Of a stretch of DNA of 64,000 nt, positions 39,001 to 49,175 are shown one piece after another. How positions within the stretch are numbered: position 1 is the stretch's first letter; every line of letters begins with the position of its first letter. The notes beneath the pieces are model-generated. The model saw only the letters and a program-made list of their open reading frames with translations. It was not told the DNA's origin and searched no databases. This DNA is from Bacteriovoracaceae bacterium UBA4573 (GTDB lineage: Bacteria; Bdellovibrionota; UBA1018; UBA923). The DNA is taken from NCBI GenBank assembly GCA_002387735.1, contig DGKJ01000108.1, positions 473 through 64,472 on the forward strand. The letters are read 5' to 3'. The position numbers and the translations under genes are program-made.

Positions 39001-39465
39001 ATGAGTACACCGTCGAAATTACATCGTTTTTTGAACCTTGCCGTTCTCGCCATGCTTGCGCTAAGCCTGGCATTCGTGGCCTGCACCAAAAAGGCGGCCG
39101 AAACTCAAAACTCCCAGGAGGCTACTAACATGAGCGCAATGACTCCCCTTAAGATTGAAGATTCCAAGGTAGGCGACGGCACCGAGGCGAAGGCCGGCAA
39201 CATGGTTACCGTGCATTATACGGGCTGGTTAACCGACGGCAAAAAGTTCGACTCTTCGCTCGATCGTAATAATCCGTTCTCGTTCAAACTTGGCGCGGGT
39301 CAAGTGATTCGCGGTTGGGATGAGGGAGTGGCCGGCATGAAGATCGGCGGCAAACGTAAGCTCACCATTCCACCAGAAATGGGCTACGGCGCAGCCGGTG
39401 CCGGTGGCGTGATTCCGCCTAACGCGACGCTCGTGTTTGAAGTCGAACTCTTGGGCGTGAAATAA
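39001..39465 (+). CDS. FKBP-type peptidyl-prolyl cis-trans isomerase lipoprotein
   Basis: [62 protein letters not shown] is the canonical FKBP domain. Signal and lipobox LSLAFVAC. The start was moved to the ATG with RBS aaagggaaa. Confidence 0.85.
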   Translation: MSTPSKLHRFLNLAVLAMLALSLAFVACTKKAAETQNSQEATNMSAMTPLKIEDSKVGDGTEAKAGNMVTVHYTGWLTDGKKFDSSLDRNNPFSFKLGAGQVIRGWDEGVAGMKIGGKRKLTIPPEMGYGAAGAGGVIPPNATLVFEVELLGVK

Positions 39466-39486
39466 GACTTCACACAAAAATTTGAA

Positions 39487-41388
39487 TTAATCTTCGCTTG
39501 GATCAAAACAAGAACTCGCACTCACGTTGGGTGTGCCACGCGAGAGTTGTTTGATGCCTTGCGCGGGGTTGCCCACGTCTTGCGGGGGCGAGAACGCCGC
39601 GTTTCGGCCAGCAGGAGTTGTACCGCCACCCACGGCAGAACAATCGGTTCCCGAACACACCTGGCAACATCCAGCTTGAGGTGTTTTTCGAACCGCATTG
39701 ATTGGGTTGTAGCTTAGTTGGCACGCGTACGTTGTATCGGTTTTCACGGCAGCCGCTGAATCTGCTAGCGAACACTCCCCGGGCGCACGGTTCAGTGGGT
39801 TCGGGTCGGCTGGTGGATAATGTTTGGCACACCAAAAGTCGTAAGGGCCAACCGGCGCAGGGAAGATCGTCGAATCAGTCGAAAGCACGATTTCTGGATC
39901 GACTGGCGTGGAAGACTGAAATGCGCACCCCTCGAACGTTGTGTCTTCTAAGTAGCGTGGCACGAACGCCTGGTAAGGACGCACCACAACGGTGCCGTCT
40001 GTTTTCTGAACTTCATTTGGCACCGGCGGAAACACCGGGCACTTTGGATTGCCGTCGATCTGATCGCCATCGATGCTCCACCCTGTGAGCGAGGCGTCGC
40101 TCATGCAGCGCTGGCCAAACTGCGCAGTTCGAAAACTAAACGGACATGGTTTGGGCCCCAATCGCGTGATTGGTTTTAACGGGTCGACGGTTGCTTTGTT
40201 GACCGGACGGTCCATTACGTAGAGCGTGTTGATTTGTTGTGACTGATCGAGCGGGTCGCCGTCGGCGTTGTAGCGCAAAGGATAAGCTGCTGAATATTTT
40301 CGCAGCCGAAACGTGCGGCGAATCTGGCCGTTGCTATCGGCGAAACTTGGACACGAGCCATCAGACTGCGGTTTGGCGGCATAGCCGATGGTTCCAATAA
40401 TACTCTGACTTGTTCCGATCGGAACAACCGTGAGCGAGTTTACTTGCACGGGAAAATCTTTGCTCGAATTGAGCGCCAGCGCAAAGGTGGTGTCCATCGG
40501 GTAAAAACTTTGAACTCCAGCTATGTTGGTGGTCGGGCACACAAAACCATTGGCAGAAGAGTTCGGACTGCCCAGTTCGGAGTTTCGAATATAAAAATCG
40601 TAGTAGTAGCTTTGGCCAGTGAACGCCCCCGCGCCCAATACGAAGTCGTTGGCCACCGGTACCGTGTTAGTAGTGGTGCCATTGCTCACGTTTTGAAGAT
40701 TGCGAAAAATGCCCTGGTTCTTTTGCGCACGATCGTAACAAACGTAGTGATAAATGTTCTTGTAAGAGCGCCCTTCGATGTCGCGAAAGTCACCCTGCGA
40801 CGTCACGGTAGTTTTGGTGACAAGTACCGTGTTAGTCGCAAAACTTTGAGTACTGCCAGCCGCTGAATTTGGAATAATACTCACGCGCACCTGAGTGTTG
40901 TCGAGAATTTCGCTATTGGTCCAAGCTGGCGGGAGCGCGCAGCGCATTTGAAAACTCGTGATTTGGTCGGGCTCGGCGTCGGCGGTGCGAGTAATAGTAG
41001 TGGAATCACTCGAATTGGTTTCCGACCAGCTGTAGCGGCAGCTACAGGCTTTACCCGTGTCGGCGCCTCCGCCCGACTGCACTACGCAAACTGAGTTAAG
41101 GGTGGCAGTGGCACCCGCATTTAAATAGAGGTTTAAATGAGTTGCCGGTGCACCGGTGGCGCCACTTGCACCGCTCGGCCCGACTGCTTCGAAAGTGGCG
41201 TTGTAGATATTAAACGTCGGCCCGGCGCTGCTGCTGCTCGTGCCTGAAGTACTCGCAGCGTTTTTTCGTACAATCGAAGACGTATCGCCGCCGGTATTCA
41301 CGCACCCCGAAAGCGCGCCAAACGAAAGCGTGGCCACCGCGAATAACGCGGCGAAGAGGATGTGGGTGTTATTCATTTTGGTTTTCAT
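39487..41388 (-). CDS. Cys-rich secreted lipoprotein, paralog A (about 634 aa), function unknown
   Basis: AGGAGG RBS plus ATG. Lipoprotein signal MKTKMNNTHILFAALFAVATLSFGALSGC. About 20 Cys in motifs such as KACSCRYSWSE, QMRCAL and AGCCQVCSGTDC. Acidic C-terminus DPSED. Confidence 0.55.
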   Translation of the reverse strand: MKTKMNNTHILFAALFAVATLSFGALSGCVNTGGDTSSIVRKNAASTSGTSSSSAGPTFNIYNATFEAVGPSGASGATGAPATHLNLYLNAGATATLNSVCVVQSGGGADTGKACSCRYSWSETNSSDSTTITRTADAEPDQITSFQMRCALPPAWTNSEILDNTQVRVSIIPNSAAGSTQSFATNTVLVTKTTVTSQGDFRDIEGRSYKNIYHYVCYDRAQKNQGIFRNLQNVSNGTTTNTVPVANDFVLGAGAFTGQSYYYDFYIRNSELGSPNSSANGFVCPTTNIAGVQSFYPMDTTFALALNSSKDFPVQVNSLTVVPIGTSQSIIGTIGYAAKPQSDGSCPSFADSNGQIRRTFRLRKYSAAYPLRYNADGDPLDQSQQINTLYVMDRPVNKATVDPLKPITRLGPKPCPFSFRTAQFGQRCMSDASLTGWSIDGDQIDGNPKCPVFPPVPNEVQKTDGTVVVRPYQAFVPRYLEDTTFEGCAFQSSTPVDPEIVLSTDSTIFPAPVGPYDFWCAKHYPPADPNPLNRAPGECSLADSAAAVKTDTTYACQLSYNPINAVRKTPQAGCCQVCSGTDCSAVGGGTTPAGRNAAFSPPQDVGNPAQGIKQLSRGTPNVSASSCFDPSED

Positions 41389-41399
41389 CTCGCCCCTCC

Positions 41400-43391
41400 T
41401 CATTCGCTGTCCTGTAATACGCATAGTGGAAACTTCACCAGTCGTTCAAACTGCGTGGCGGTATTTTCAGAACCCAATGAAATTCCGTAGTGAATATTAT
41501 TGTTGTTGCGATCTTTGCGGTACGGCTTGAATTTACGCGCACTGGTGGAATTGGGATCGGTCATGTCTTCCATGCGCACGCTAGCGGGTGTAACTACGTA
41601 TAGATAATCAAACGTTGAACTGGCATCGATGTCGATCGACGATCTGCGATACGGGTCGGGCCCAATAATGCCGTTGAAAAACAAACGCCCGGCCGCGTCG
41701 GTGTCGGCCTCGATACAAGCGGTGCTATTGCTACCCATGAGCCACACATTTTCGCCGCCGATTGCTGGCAAGTCCCATAATCCCGTAAGGCCAGGCGTAC
41801 AGTAATTTCCGCCTTGGGTGTAATTCGCCGCCACTCTTCCGGCGCCAGTAGCACCGTAGTCGTAACAACAAGACCCCCCGCCATTTACGGCCTGCACTGC
41901 GGCTGAGGAACAAGCATTTCCAGCATTTAAGTAGCCACCTCCAGGTGCCCAATTATCGCCAATCACGCCACTCGTACTGCAGTTGCCGAAATAGGTGCCT
42001 CCAGCGCCCGACGGTACCATTGGCCGTGGTCCTATGATTCCCGGTGTGGTTCCTGATCCTTGAGGATCTGCATCCCAACAAGCCGAGTTTTGGTCCGCCG
42101 TTGGTTCCGAACACTCCTGATTCTGGGTCGTGCAGTAGAGATAACCAATTTGTCCTGAATTACTCGCCGATTCCATGGTGCGTTTTTCTAAACTTGCACG
42201 AAAGCGCCAGAGTTTTGCCCATTTCTTGCCAGCAGGTAAATTGACCACGCTGGTGTTAGGACATTCTTGATTCGCATTCGGCAGTGCCGCAAAACCGATA
42301 ATGTCTTTACCCACCGATGAGGCCGTTGTTTTCGCAAGCGTCACCGGCGCAGAAATTCCGGTGGTAGTGCAAGAGAGCGACGGGTTCACCATGTTTGCCG
42401 GCGTGTGCAACGTGCACACTGGTTGTTTGAACGTGCCGTCCTGAAATTTCGCGAGTGCGAAATCGTGACGATTTACTAAAAACTTTTCGCAATCCGCCTC
42501 AGTACCAGTCGGACAGTCGGGGTCGATTCCCACTTTGTCGTCGGGCGGGTAAATGGTGTTGTCGTTTGTTGCGCTACCGCCGTAATCTGAAAACGAAAGT
42601 GGATCTACGCTATAAACTTCGTAACGAATCGAAGCATCGAACGTTGAATCGTTCGGCACGGGCGGGCACTCAAAACCCGGCGTGTTTTCTACACTCTCTC
42701 CTATCGCCACCGCATGGGCGCCGTAATCGAGCCCCAGTGACGTCGTGTAAAAATTGTAGGCCTGACTCAAGAGCCAGGCTTTTGGATCTTGTAGATTTTG
42801 ACCGTAAAAATTAGTAGCCGACCGTGATTTGCGAATCACGTCGCGACACATGTAGCGGCTGGTTTCAACGTAATTTGCCGCCACGCTCGGATCCAGTGAT
42901 GGACTTATTGAATTCATGAACACTCGCGTTTTATTAGAATTCGCGTTGGCCGAATTGATGAAAATCGAAACATCGTAGTAACCCGCGTTCGATGAAACTT
43001 GAGTGTAGAGACAACGGGCCATGTTCACTTCTACATAAGAAAGTGCCTGAAACCGTTGGGCAGGAACTCCACCAGATTCGGTAAAATCAAATTGGCACTG
43101 GCAAGCATCGGCCGTTGGGCAGTAAGTGGCCAACTGACCATTCGAACCAATGAGCTCAATGGTAGTATCGGGGTTCAAGTTCGACCGGACCACTTTTGAG
43201 ATTGTAATAAAATTCGCGCTCGCAGTTGTGGTCGCACTCGAACTATTCGAGGCCACTTTAGAAGCCGCGGTCGATAGACCGTTGGCTCCCGTGTTCAAGC
43301 AGCCCGTGAGCGAAAATGAAATAAAGGTAATGAAAAATCCGCACAGGATTTCTAAAAAAAGCGTCTGCTTTTTTTCCCAACTACTCCCCAC
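41400..43391 (-). CDS. Cys-rich secreted lipoprotein, paralog B (about 663 aa), function unknown
   Basis: A GTG start at 43391 gives (M)GSSWEKKQTLFLEILCGFFITFISFSLTGC. Shares collinear motifs with paralog A (ACQCQFDFTE vs ACSCRYSWSE; NMARCLY vs QMRCAL; GGSCCYDY vs AGCCQVC). The ORF track extends to a GTG at 43472. Confidence 0.5.
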   Translation of the reverse strand: MGSSWEKKQTLFLEILCGFFITFISFSLTGCLNTGANGLSTAASKVASNSSSATTTASANFITISKVVRSNLNPDTTIELIGSNGQLATYCPTADACQCQFDFTESGGVPAQRFQALSYVEVNMARCLYTQVSSNAGYYDVSIFINSANANSNKTRVFMNSISPSLDPSVAANYVETSRYMCRDVIRKSRSATNFYGQNLQDPKAWLLSQAYNFYTTSLGLDYGAHAVAIGESVENTPGFECPPVPNDSTFDASIRYEVYSVDPLSFSDYGGSATNDNTIYPPDDKVGIDPDCPTGTEADCEKFLVNRHDFALAKFQDGTFKQPVCTLHTPANMVNPSLSCTTTGISAPVTLAKTTASSVGKDIIGFAALPNANQECPNTSVVNLPAGKKWAKLWRFRASLEKRTMESASNSGQIGYLYCTTQNQECSEPTADQNSACWDADPQGSGTTPGIIGPRPMVPSGAGGTYFGNCSTSGVIGDNWAPGGGYLNAGNACSSAAVQAVNGGGSCCYDYGATGAGRVAANYTQGGNYCTPGLTGLWDLPAIGGENVWLMGSNSTACIEADTDAAGRLFFNGIIGPDPYRRSSIDIDASSTFDYLYVVTPASVRMEDMTDPNSTSARKFKPYRKDRNNNNIHYGISLGSENTATQFERLVKFPLCVLQDSE

Positions 43392-43630
43392 GTTTTGTTC
43401 CCCCACTGTTCTTTTCGTGCAAGAAGCGCGCAAAGTTGAGTTAAGGGTGCAAAACGAAGGGGGTTTTCGCACTCCACTCGGCAGGAAGGTTCGGCAAACC
43501 CCGCTAAGTGGGCGATTCCTGCCCGCCGCGCTGTCGAACTTTTAGGCGAAAACCCCGGGAAACCTAGCAATTTTTGCCTATAACCCATTGTTATTATTCA
43601 GAAAATACGAAAAAATGATACTTAACTAAC

Positions 43631-44857
43631 ATGCGCTCCTTTAAGGCCCTTCTCGAGAAGCCTTTTTTGATCTGGTTTATTGCATCGATGCTCTATGGCG
43701 GAGCTTTCTGGTGGAAAGCTCGTTTCGCAGAACCAAGCTTAGGGGAAACGAAATCAATTCAAATATTGGCGGAATTTTCGCAGAGCACCTTTCCTCCGAA
43801 AATCGACCTCGTGCGTTCGCTCGACGATTACGGCGGCCATCTCGCCTATTACGCTCTCATGGGGCGCGTACACCAGCTTGCCGGGGGCGACTTACTCACA
43901 ATGCGCACAATTCATTTATGCGTGGTTTTAGCTGCATTGTTTGTATTTACTCTCCTCGGTTTTCACTACACCTACCGCAATCGGCTTAACCCGCTTTGGA
44001 TCAGCCTCGGCACTCTTTTGTTAGCAGCAAACCCCTATCTCTTCGAAGCGGCGATGCGGGTGGGTTATATTGGTTTTTTTCTATTCGTTTTGCTCGCCTC
44101 GCTCTGGGCCCTCGAGAAGGAACGCACGGCCTGGGCAACTTTGTTGTTGAGCTTGGGTGTCCTCGTCGATTGGCGTGCAGTGATTTTAGTGCTCGTCACC
44201 TTGTGGACCCGCACCACTGGCGAAACCGGACGCTTCGTACGAATTGAAAAAATTTTATTGCTGGCCCTGCCGCTGGTTTTTGCCTCTTTGCCGCTTTTTG
44301 CGTGGAAAGGCATTGTTCCAACCGGCGAAACGCGCGAATGGTGGACCTTCATACTGGAACATCGCAATCTCGTACGTCTGGACTTGTGGTTTTACTCAAT
44401 CGCGCTTCTGCCAATCTACAGCTTATTTTTTTCATGGAGCTGGGGATTCCGGGCTCGCGCCCGATCGATGAGTTTGGGTGCCGTGGCTGCCGCTCTTTTA
44501 ATTCCCATGTATTTTATATTTCCAGTCGTGCCTCAACCTGAACCTTGGGCCGCCCCAGGAAGTGGCAACGCGGTGCCGCTTGGATTGGTCGATTGGGCAT
44601 TAACAGAAGTTGCCGGACCGTATAAAAATCTGGTACTTTTTGTGCCGTGGATAGTGGGTGCGTTTCTTTTTGCGCAAGCGATCTTGCTCGATATTCTTGA
44701 GCGTTCGCGGGTGCTCCGCGCCTTCATTCTATTTTTCTTCCTGGTCGCACCCGTTTCGTTCGGGGTGGTTGATCAAGGGTTTTTAATCGTGCTTCCGTTC
44801 GTGCTGCTCTTCGGTTTGTCCGAGGCACTCGTAGGAGACGAAGGCAAAATCGTCTAA
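43631..44857 (+). CDS. polytopic integral membrane protein (about 10 TM), possibly a glycosyltransferase-C-like or DUF2029-type protein
   Basis: 408 aa with many hydrophobic segments. No catalytic motif recognised. Confidence 0.45.
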   Translation: MRSFKALLEKPFLIWFIASMLYGGAFWWKARFAEPSLGETKSIQILAEFSQSTFPPKIDLVRSLDDYGGHLAYYALMGRVHQLAGGDLLTMRTIHLCVVLAALFVFTLLGFHYTYRNRLNPLWISLGTLLLAANPYLFEAAMRVGYIGFFLFVLLASLWALEKERTAWATLLLSLGVLVDWRAVILVLVTLWTRTTGETGRFVRIEKILLLALPLVFASLPLFAWKGIVPTGETREWWTFILEHRNLVRLDLWFYSIALLPIYSLFFSWSWGFRARARSMSLGAVAAALLIPMYFIFPVVPQPEPWAAPGSGNAVPLGLVDWALTEVAGPYKNLVLFVPWIVGAFLFAQAILLDILERSRVLRAFILFFFLVAPVSFGVVDQGFLIVLPFVLLFGLSEALVGDEGKIV

Positions 44858-44899
44858 AGCACTTCGCAACGAACGTTTAAACTTCCAACAGGGGGAATC

Positions 44900-46042
44900 G
44901 TGATTTCATTCGAATTGTCCGACGAACAAAAAGAGCTGCAGCGCTTGGCGCGAGAGTTTACCGCAAAAGAAATCGTTCCCAAAGCCGCTCACCACGACGA
45001 AAAAGGCGAATTCCCTATGGAGATCGCAAAAAAAGCGTGGGAGTTGGGCCTCATGAACACTCACGTACCGCAAGACTGCGGCGGCATGGGCCTAGGAGTT
45101 CTCGACGGCTCGATTGTCACCGAGGAACTGGCCTACGGTTGCACCGGAATCTGCACTGCAATGGAAGCCAATCACCTTGCGACTGCGCCGGTGCTCGTCG
45201 CCGGAAGTGATGAACAAAAGAAAAAATATTTAGGAAAATTAGTTTCTGATTTTACTTTCGCGGCCTATTGCGTGACCGAACCCAATGCCGGTTCCGATGT
45301 CGCAGCCATTCGCACCACCGCTAAAAAAGTTGGCAACGAATACGTAATCAACGGTTCTAAAATGTGGATCACTAATGGCTCGGTGGCCGATTGGTATTTC
45401 GTACTCGCCGTAACGGACCCCGCCGCAAAACACAAAGGACTCACTGGGTTTATCGTCGACGCCAAATCACCAGGTATCACGGTTGGCAAAAAAGAATGGA
45501 ACATGGGCCAACGCGCAAGTGACACTCGCGGGATCACGTTTGAAGACGTCAAAGTCCCCGCTACCAATTTGTTGGGAAAAGAAGGTGACGGATTTAAAAT
45601 CGCAATGGGCGCATTCGATCACACCCGACCCAGCGTCGCAGCAGGTGCGGTGGGACTCGCTCGCCGCGCCATGGATGAAGCCATTAACTATTCCCAAACA
45701 AGAAAGACTTTCGGCCAACCAATCGCCGCTTACCAAGGCGTGAGCTTCATGATTGCCGATATGGCCAAAGACATTGAAGCCGCCCGCATGCTGGTCTGGC
45801 GTGCTGCTTGGGAAATCGACCAAGGCCGCCGCAACACCAAATTTGCCGCTTTTGCAAAAGCCTTCGCGGCCGACATGGCCATGCGGGTTGCCACCGATGC
45901 CGTGCAAGTGCACGGAGGGTACGGCTATTCGAGTGAGTACCCTGTTGAAAAGCTCATGCGAGACGCCAAGATTTACCAGATTTACGAGGGCACATCGCAG
46001 ATTCAGCGTTTGATTATTGCGAAAGAAATTTTCGAACGCTAG
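44900..46042 (+). CDS. acyl-CoA dehydrogenase
   Basis: [19 protein letters not shown] (ACAD signature 1), [16 protein letters not shown] at the C-terminus. GTG start with GGGGGAA RBS. Confidence 0.85.
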   Translation: MISFELSDEQKELQRLAREFTAKEIVPKAAHHDEKGEFPMEIAKKAWELGLMNTHVPQDCGGMGLGVLDGSIVTEELAYGCTGICTAMEANHLATAPVLVAGSDEQKKKYLGKLVSDFTFAAYCVTEPNAGSDVAAIRTTAKKVGNEYVINGSKMWITNGSVADWYFVLAVTDPAAKHKGLTGFIVDAKSPGITVGKKEWNMGQRASDTRGITFEDVKVPATNLLGKEGDGFKIAMGAFDHTRPSVAAGAVGLARRAMDEAINYSQTRKTFGQPIAAYQGVSFMIADMAKDIEAARMLVWRAAWEIDQGRRNTKFAAFAKAFAADMAMRVATDAVQVHGGYGYSSEYPVEKLMRDAKIYQIYEGTSQIQRLIIAKEIFER

Positions 46043-46064
46043 CAGCCAAGCGCAGCGAACAGAA

Positions 46065-46502
46065 TTAATCTACCGTTTTCACCGCATCGTCGCTTGCATC
46101 ACTCGCTGGTCTCAGCGTTTTGGGCTCAGGTGTCGGTCGGCCGGAGCTAATTAGTTTTGCGCCGTTGCCGGTTAATTGGAATTGAAAAACATAGCTAACT
46201 TCCCGCTGGGTTTTGTAACACTCGACCCAATAGTAATTGCCTCGTCGTATATATTCTGGATTCGTTTTCGGCGGACAAGCGTAAGGTAGTTTTTCGGTTT
46301 TAGCTATTCCGGATTTGCGACCACACACCAGGTAAAGAGTCGGCCCTCGCTCGGAGTTTTCGCCATCTTGTTTCGCGGCGATTCTTATACTTTTCGCTAA
46401 TGTATCGCTCGGACATTCCGCTGCCGGCAAAGGTGAAATCCCCACTCCTAAAAGGAGCGCCATTATTAAAGCCTCAGCGAGGAACTTATTTTTCCGTTTC
46501 AT
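46065..46502 (-). CDS. small hypothetical lipoprotein (145 aa)
   Basis: MKRKNKFLAEALIMALLLGVGISPLPAAEC with a possible lipobox. Confidence 0.4.
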   Translation of the reverse strand: MKRKNKFLAEALIMALLLGVGISPLPAAECPSDTLAKSIRIAAKQDGENSERGPTLYLVCGRKSGIAKTEKLPYACPPKTNPEYIRRGNYYWVECYKTQREVSYVFQFQLTGNGAKLISSGRPTPEPKTLRPASDASDDAVKTVD

Positions 46503-46691
46503 ACAAAGATTTTAGAAGAAACCGCTTAAAATGAAATTCAATCAACCACATCACTCGGCAAGTCCTGCCTATTCCATTGGGAGTCCCCGCTGCTTTTGCC
46601 GAGTGACCACGAAATAGTAGCTGTTTTCAAAAAACACCTAATAAAAAATCCCGAAAAAATCGATGAGATTCCCAAGAGAGGTGCGTCGCAC

Positions 46692-47561
46692 GTGTCAATC
46701 GTCGGAGTCATCGTAGTTTTTGGAGCTGTGATCGGCGGTTTCGCTATGGCGGGCGGAAACCTCATGGTCCTCTTCCAACCAGTCGAGTTGCTAATTATCG
46801 GCGGGTCGGCTGCGGGTTCTCTCTTAATTTCATGCTCCACTAGTCAATTGAAACGAATCATTCACGCCATCACCGGTGTGTTTACTGGTGGCGGAATATC
46901 GAAAGACGCGTACCTAGAGCTTTTAAAACTACTGTTCGAAATCACCAAAACTGCCAAAGCAAATCCACTCTCTATTGAAGCTCACGTCGACAACCCAGAG
47001 GGCAGTGAAATTTTCAAAAAATATCCGGGTGTGCTTAAAAACCACCACGCGCTAGGATTCCTGTGTGACACTTTAAAAGTACAACTGAGCGGTTCAATGT
47101 CGCCCTACGATCTCGAAGATTTAATGGACGCCGACATGGCCGCCGCGCACGCCGAGGAATTTCAAGTTCCATCCACCGTATCGCGAATCGGTGACGCCAT
47201 GCCTGGTCTCGGAATCGTGGCCGCGGTTCTAGGTGTGGTACTCACGATGGGAAAACTGACTCAAGGTAAAGAAGTAATCGGTCATAGTGTGGCCGCCGCA
47301 CTCGTGGGAACTTTCATCGGGATTCTTTTGTCCTACGGATTGTTCCAACCGATTTCCGCAAAAATCGAAGGTAATCTCAATGCCGAAGGTGATTACATAA
47401 AATGCATCAAAGCCTGTCTGCTGGCTTTTGCAAAAAACTGCGGTCCCAAAGTTTGCGTAGAGTTTTCACGACGTACGATTCCACCCGAAGTTCGTCCGAC
47501 CTTTCAGGAAGTCGACGCAGCAACTAGTTCTGGTGGCGGCAAAGAAGCAAAGGCGGCATAG
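46692..47561 (+). CDS. motA: flagellar motor stator protein MotA
   Basis: SIVGVIVVFGAVIGGFAMAGGNLMVLFQPVELLIIGGSAAGSLL aligns with the E. coli MotA N-terminus (MLILLGYLVVLGTVFGGYLMTGGSLGALYQPAELVIIAGAG). A GTG start at 46692 with an upstream AGAGAGG was chosen. The ORF-track ATG at 46596 would add 32 non-homologous residues. Confidence 0.7.
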   Translation: MSIVGVIVVFGAVIGGFAMAGGNLMVLFQPVELLIIGGSAAGSLLISCSTSQLKRIIHAITGVFTGGGISKDAYLELLKLLFEITKTAKANPLSIEAHVDNPEGSEIFKKYPGVLKNHHALGFLCDTLKVQLSGSMSPYDLEDLMDADMAAAHAEEFQVPSTVSRIGDAMPGLGIVAAVLGVVLTMGKLTQGKEVIGHSVAAALVGTFIGILLSYGLFQPISAKIEGNLNAEGDYIKCIKACLLAFAKNCGPKVCVEFSRRTIPPEVRPTFQEVDAATSSGGGKEAKAA

Positions 47562-47564
47562 CCC

Positions 47565-48359
47565 ATGGCTGGCGGCGGCGAAATCATTGTCATAAAAAAG
47601 AAAAAAGCCGCAGGTCACGGTGGCGCCCACGGGGGTGCTTGGAAGGTGGCTTACGCCGACTTCGTTACTGCTATGATGGCATTTTTCCTTGTGATGTGGC
47701 TCATGGGTGCCGACGAAGAAACCAAACAAGCCGTGTCTCATTATTTCAACCATCCAAATACGCCCTACAAACAGGGCGGAGACCCTCAGTCTAACGCAGC
47801 CCATCCGATGGGCGAAAGCGAAGGACACGGCGACAATGTTCTGGCAGGCGCTTCGGGATTGTTTCCTGAAGATTTAATTGATCGTCCTATTCCGCATCGT
47901 GATCTGATGAAAGAAAACGTCACGATCAGTAAAATGATTGAAGACTTACTCGAAGGAAATGTTTTCGGAATGGACGTGACTGAAAATCAAATCAAGTTTT
48001 CGCTGCCCGAACACGTGTTGTTCGATGCCGGCAGCGCGACCCTGCACCCCAACGTCGACAAGTACATGGCGTTATTGGGTAACGTCTTAAAGAGCTTCAA
48101 AGGCTACGTAAGAATCGAAGGTCACAGCGACGATACCCCTACGAACGGCACACGTTTCGCCAACAATTACGAACTTTCCATGGCTCGCGCCGTTTCTGTA
48201 ATGCAATATCTCGTGAAAAATCACGGTATGGGCGAAGATCGGGTGATTCCAACCGGCGCCGGCGCCCGAGAACCTTTAGTTCCGAACACCTCCGTCGAAA
48301 ACAGAGCAAAAAACCGACGCGTGGAGCTCACCTTAATGTACGAATACCCATCCAACTAG
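47565..48359 (+). CDS. motB: flagellar motor stator protein MotB (OmpA-like C-terminal domain)
   Basis: AGHGGAHGGAWKVAYADFVTAMMAFFLVMWLM closely matches the MotB N-terminus and plug/TM. The C-terminal OmpA-like RVELTL. Confidence 0.85.
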   Translation: MAGGGEIIVIKKKKAAGHGGAHGGAWKVAYADFVTAMMAFFLVMWLMGADEETKQAVSHYFNHPNTPYKQGGDPQSNAAHPMGESEGHGDNVLAGASGLFPEDLIDRPIPHRDLMKENVTISKMIEDLLEGNVFGMDVTENQIKFSLPEHVLFDAGSATLHPNVDKYMALLGNVLKSFKGYVRIEGHSDDTPTNGTRFANNYELSMARAVSVMQYLVKNHGMGEDRVIPTGAGAREPLVPNTSVENRAKNRRVELTLMYEYPSN

Positions 48360-48413
48360 TTATTCGAAGCGCTCTATTGACTGACTGCGTTACTATGGTA
48401 AAGACCCGCGCCT

Positions 48414-49175
48414 ATGGGCAACCCAAGCATTTTTCGGACCTTGGTTTTCGTGATCGTTTCATTGGTATGGAACTCACCCACCTCCCACGCCATGAATTCT
48501 AGAACTAAACTCTGTGCCGCCGTTATTTCGGCCGCGCTATGCGGGGGTACCGCACATTGTGCGTACCACGACTTGCACACCCCACCCGAGCGCTCGAGTG
48601 ATTTCGTTAAAACCACCGAGCGTGGCACACTAATCAAACTTCCGGAATATTTTACAGTTCGCAACCAGTGGCTCGCAGCGGAAAAAAACCTCGTTGTTGA
48701 AGACGCCGACCATAGCTATGGCGAGATCACCACTTTTCTCCATCGCTACACTCATCACTACCGCCACAAACGCAAAAATGGCCGATTTCTTTCGGAGGCT
48801 ACCGTTAGGGGAATTCCCGGTTCCAACGGCGGTTACGAAATCGCGGTGCAGGTCAACGACGATCTGGTTCTCGGTCGCGTATTGGAACTACCCGTCAAAG
48901 GTAATTCCTCTTCACTCGTTCGTTACGAAATTCGGGCGAGCGATGGTTCGTTGGTCGCCGCCTCAAAAAAAATACCGCGATCAAGTGACCAGGTTGATTT
49001 TACGCTCCAAAACGGAAACGAATCTTTTACTATACGTCGCGTCGATGACGGCATCATCCGCGAGAGATGGTCGATAGAGCGTTTTACTCCCAAGATACAG
49101 GAGACCGTTGATTCCCGACTAGTCTTATTTTTTGTTGCGTACAAACAAGCGATGGATGAACCTGTAAGGGAATGA
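48414..49175 (+). CDS. hypothetical secreted protein or lipoprotein (253 aa)
   Basis: N-terminal hydrophobic segment. The alternative ATG at 48492 gives MNSRTKLCAAVISAALCGG. The stop overlaps the mltA start. Confidence 0.4.
   Translation: MGNPSIFRTLVFVIVSLVWNSPTSHAMNSRTKLCAAVISAALCGGTAHCAYHDLHTPPERSSDFVKTTERGTLIKLPEYFTVRNQWLAAEKNLVVEDADHSYGEITTFLHRYTHHYRHKRKNGRFLSEATVRGIPGSNGGYEIAVQVNDDLVLGRVLELPVKGNSSSLVRYEIRASDGSLVAASKKIPRSSDQVDFTLQNGNESFTIRRVDDGIIRERWSIERFTPKIQETVDSRLVLFFVAYKQAMDEPVRE

Noticed and set aside
43392-43472. Extended GTG start (43472) for Cys-rich paralog B
   Set aside because: The extension adds 27 non-hydrophobic residues before the lipoprotein signal. The GTG at 43391 places Met directly before the signal peptide and has an upstream G-rich RBS. 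Both remain possible.
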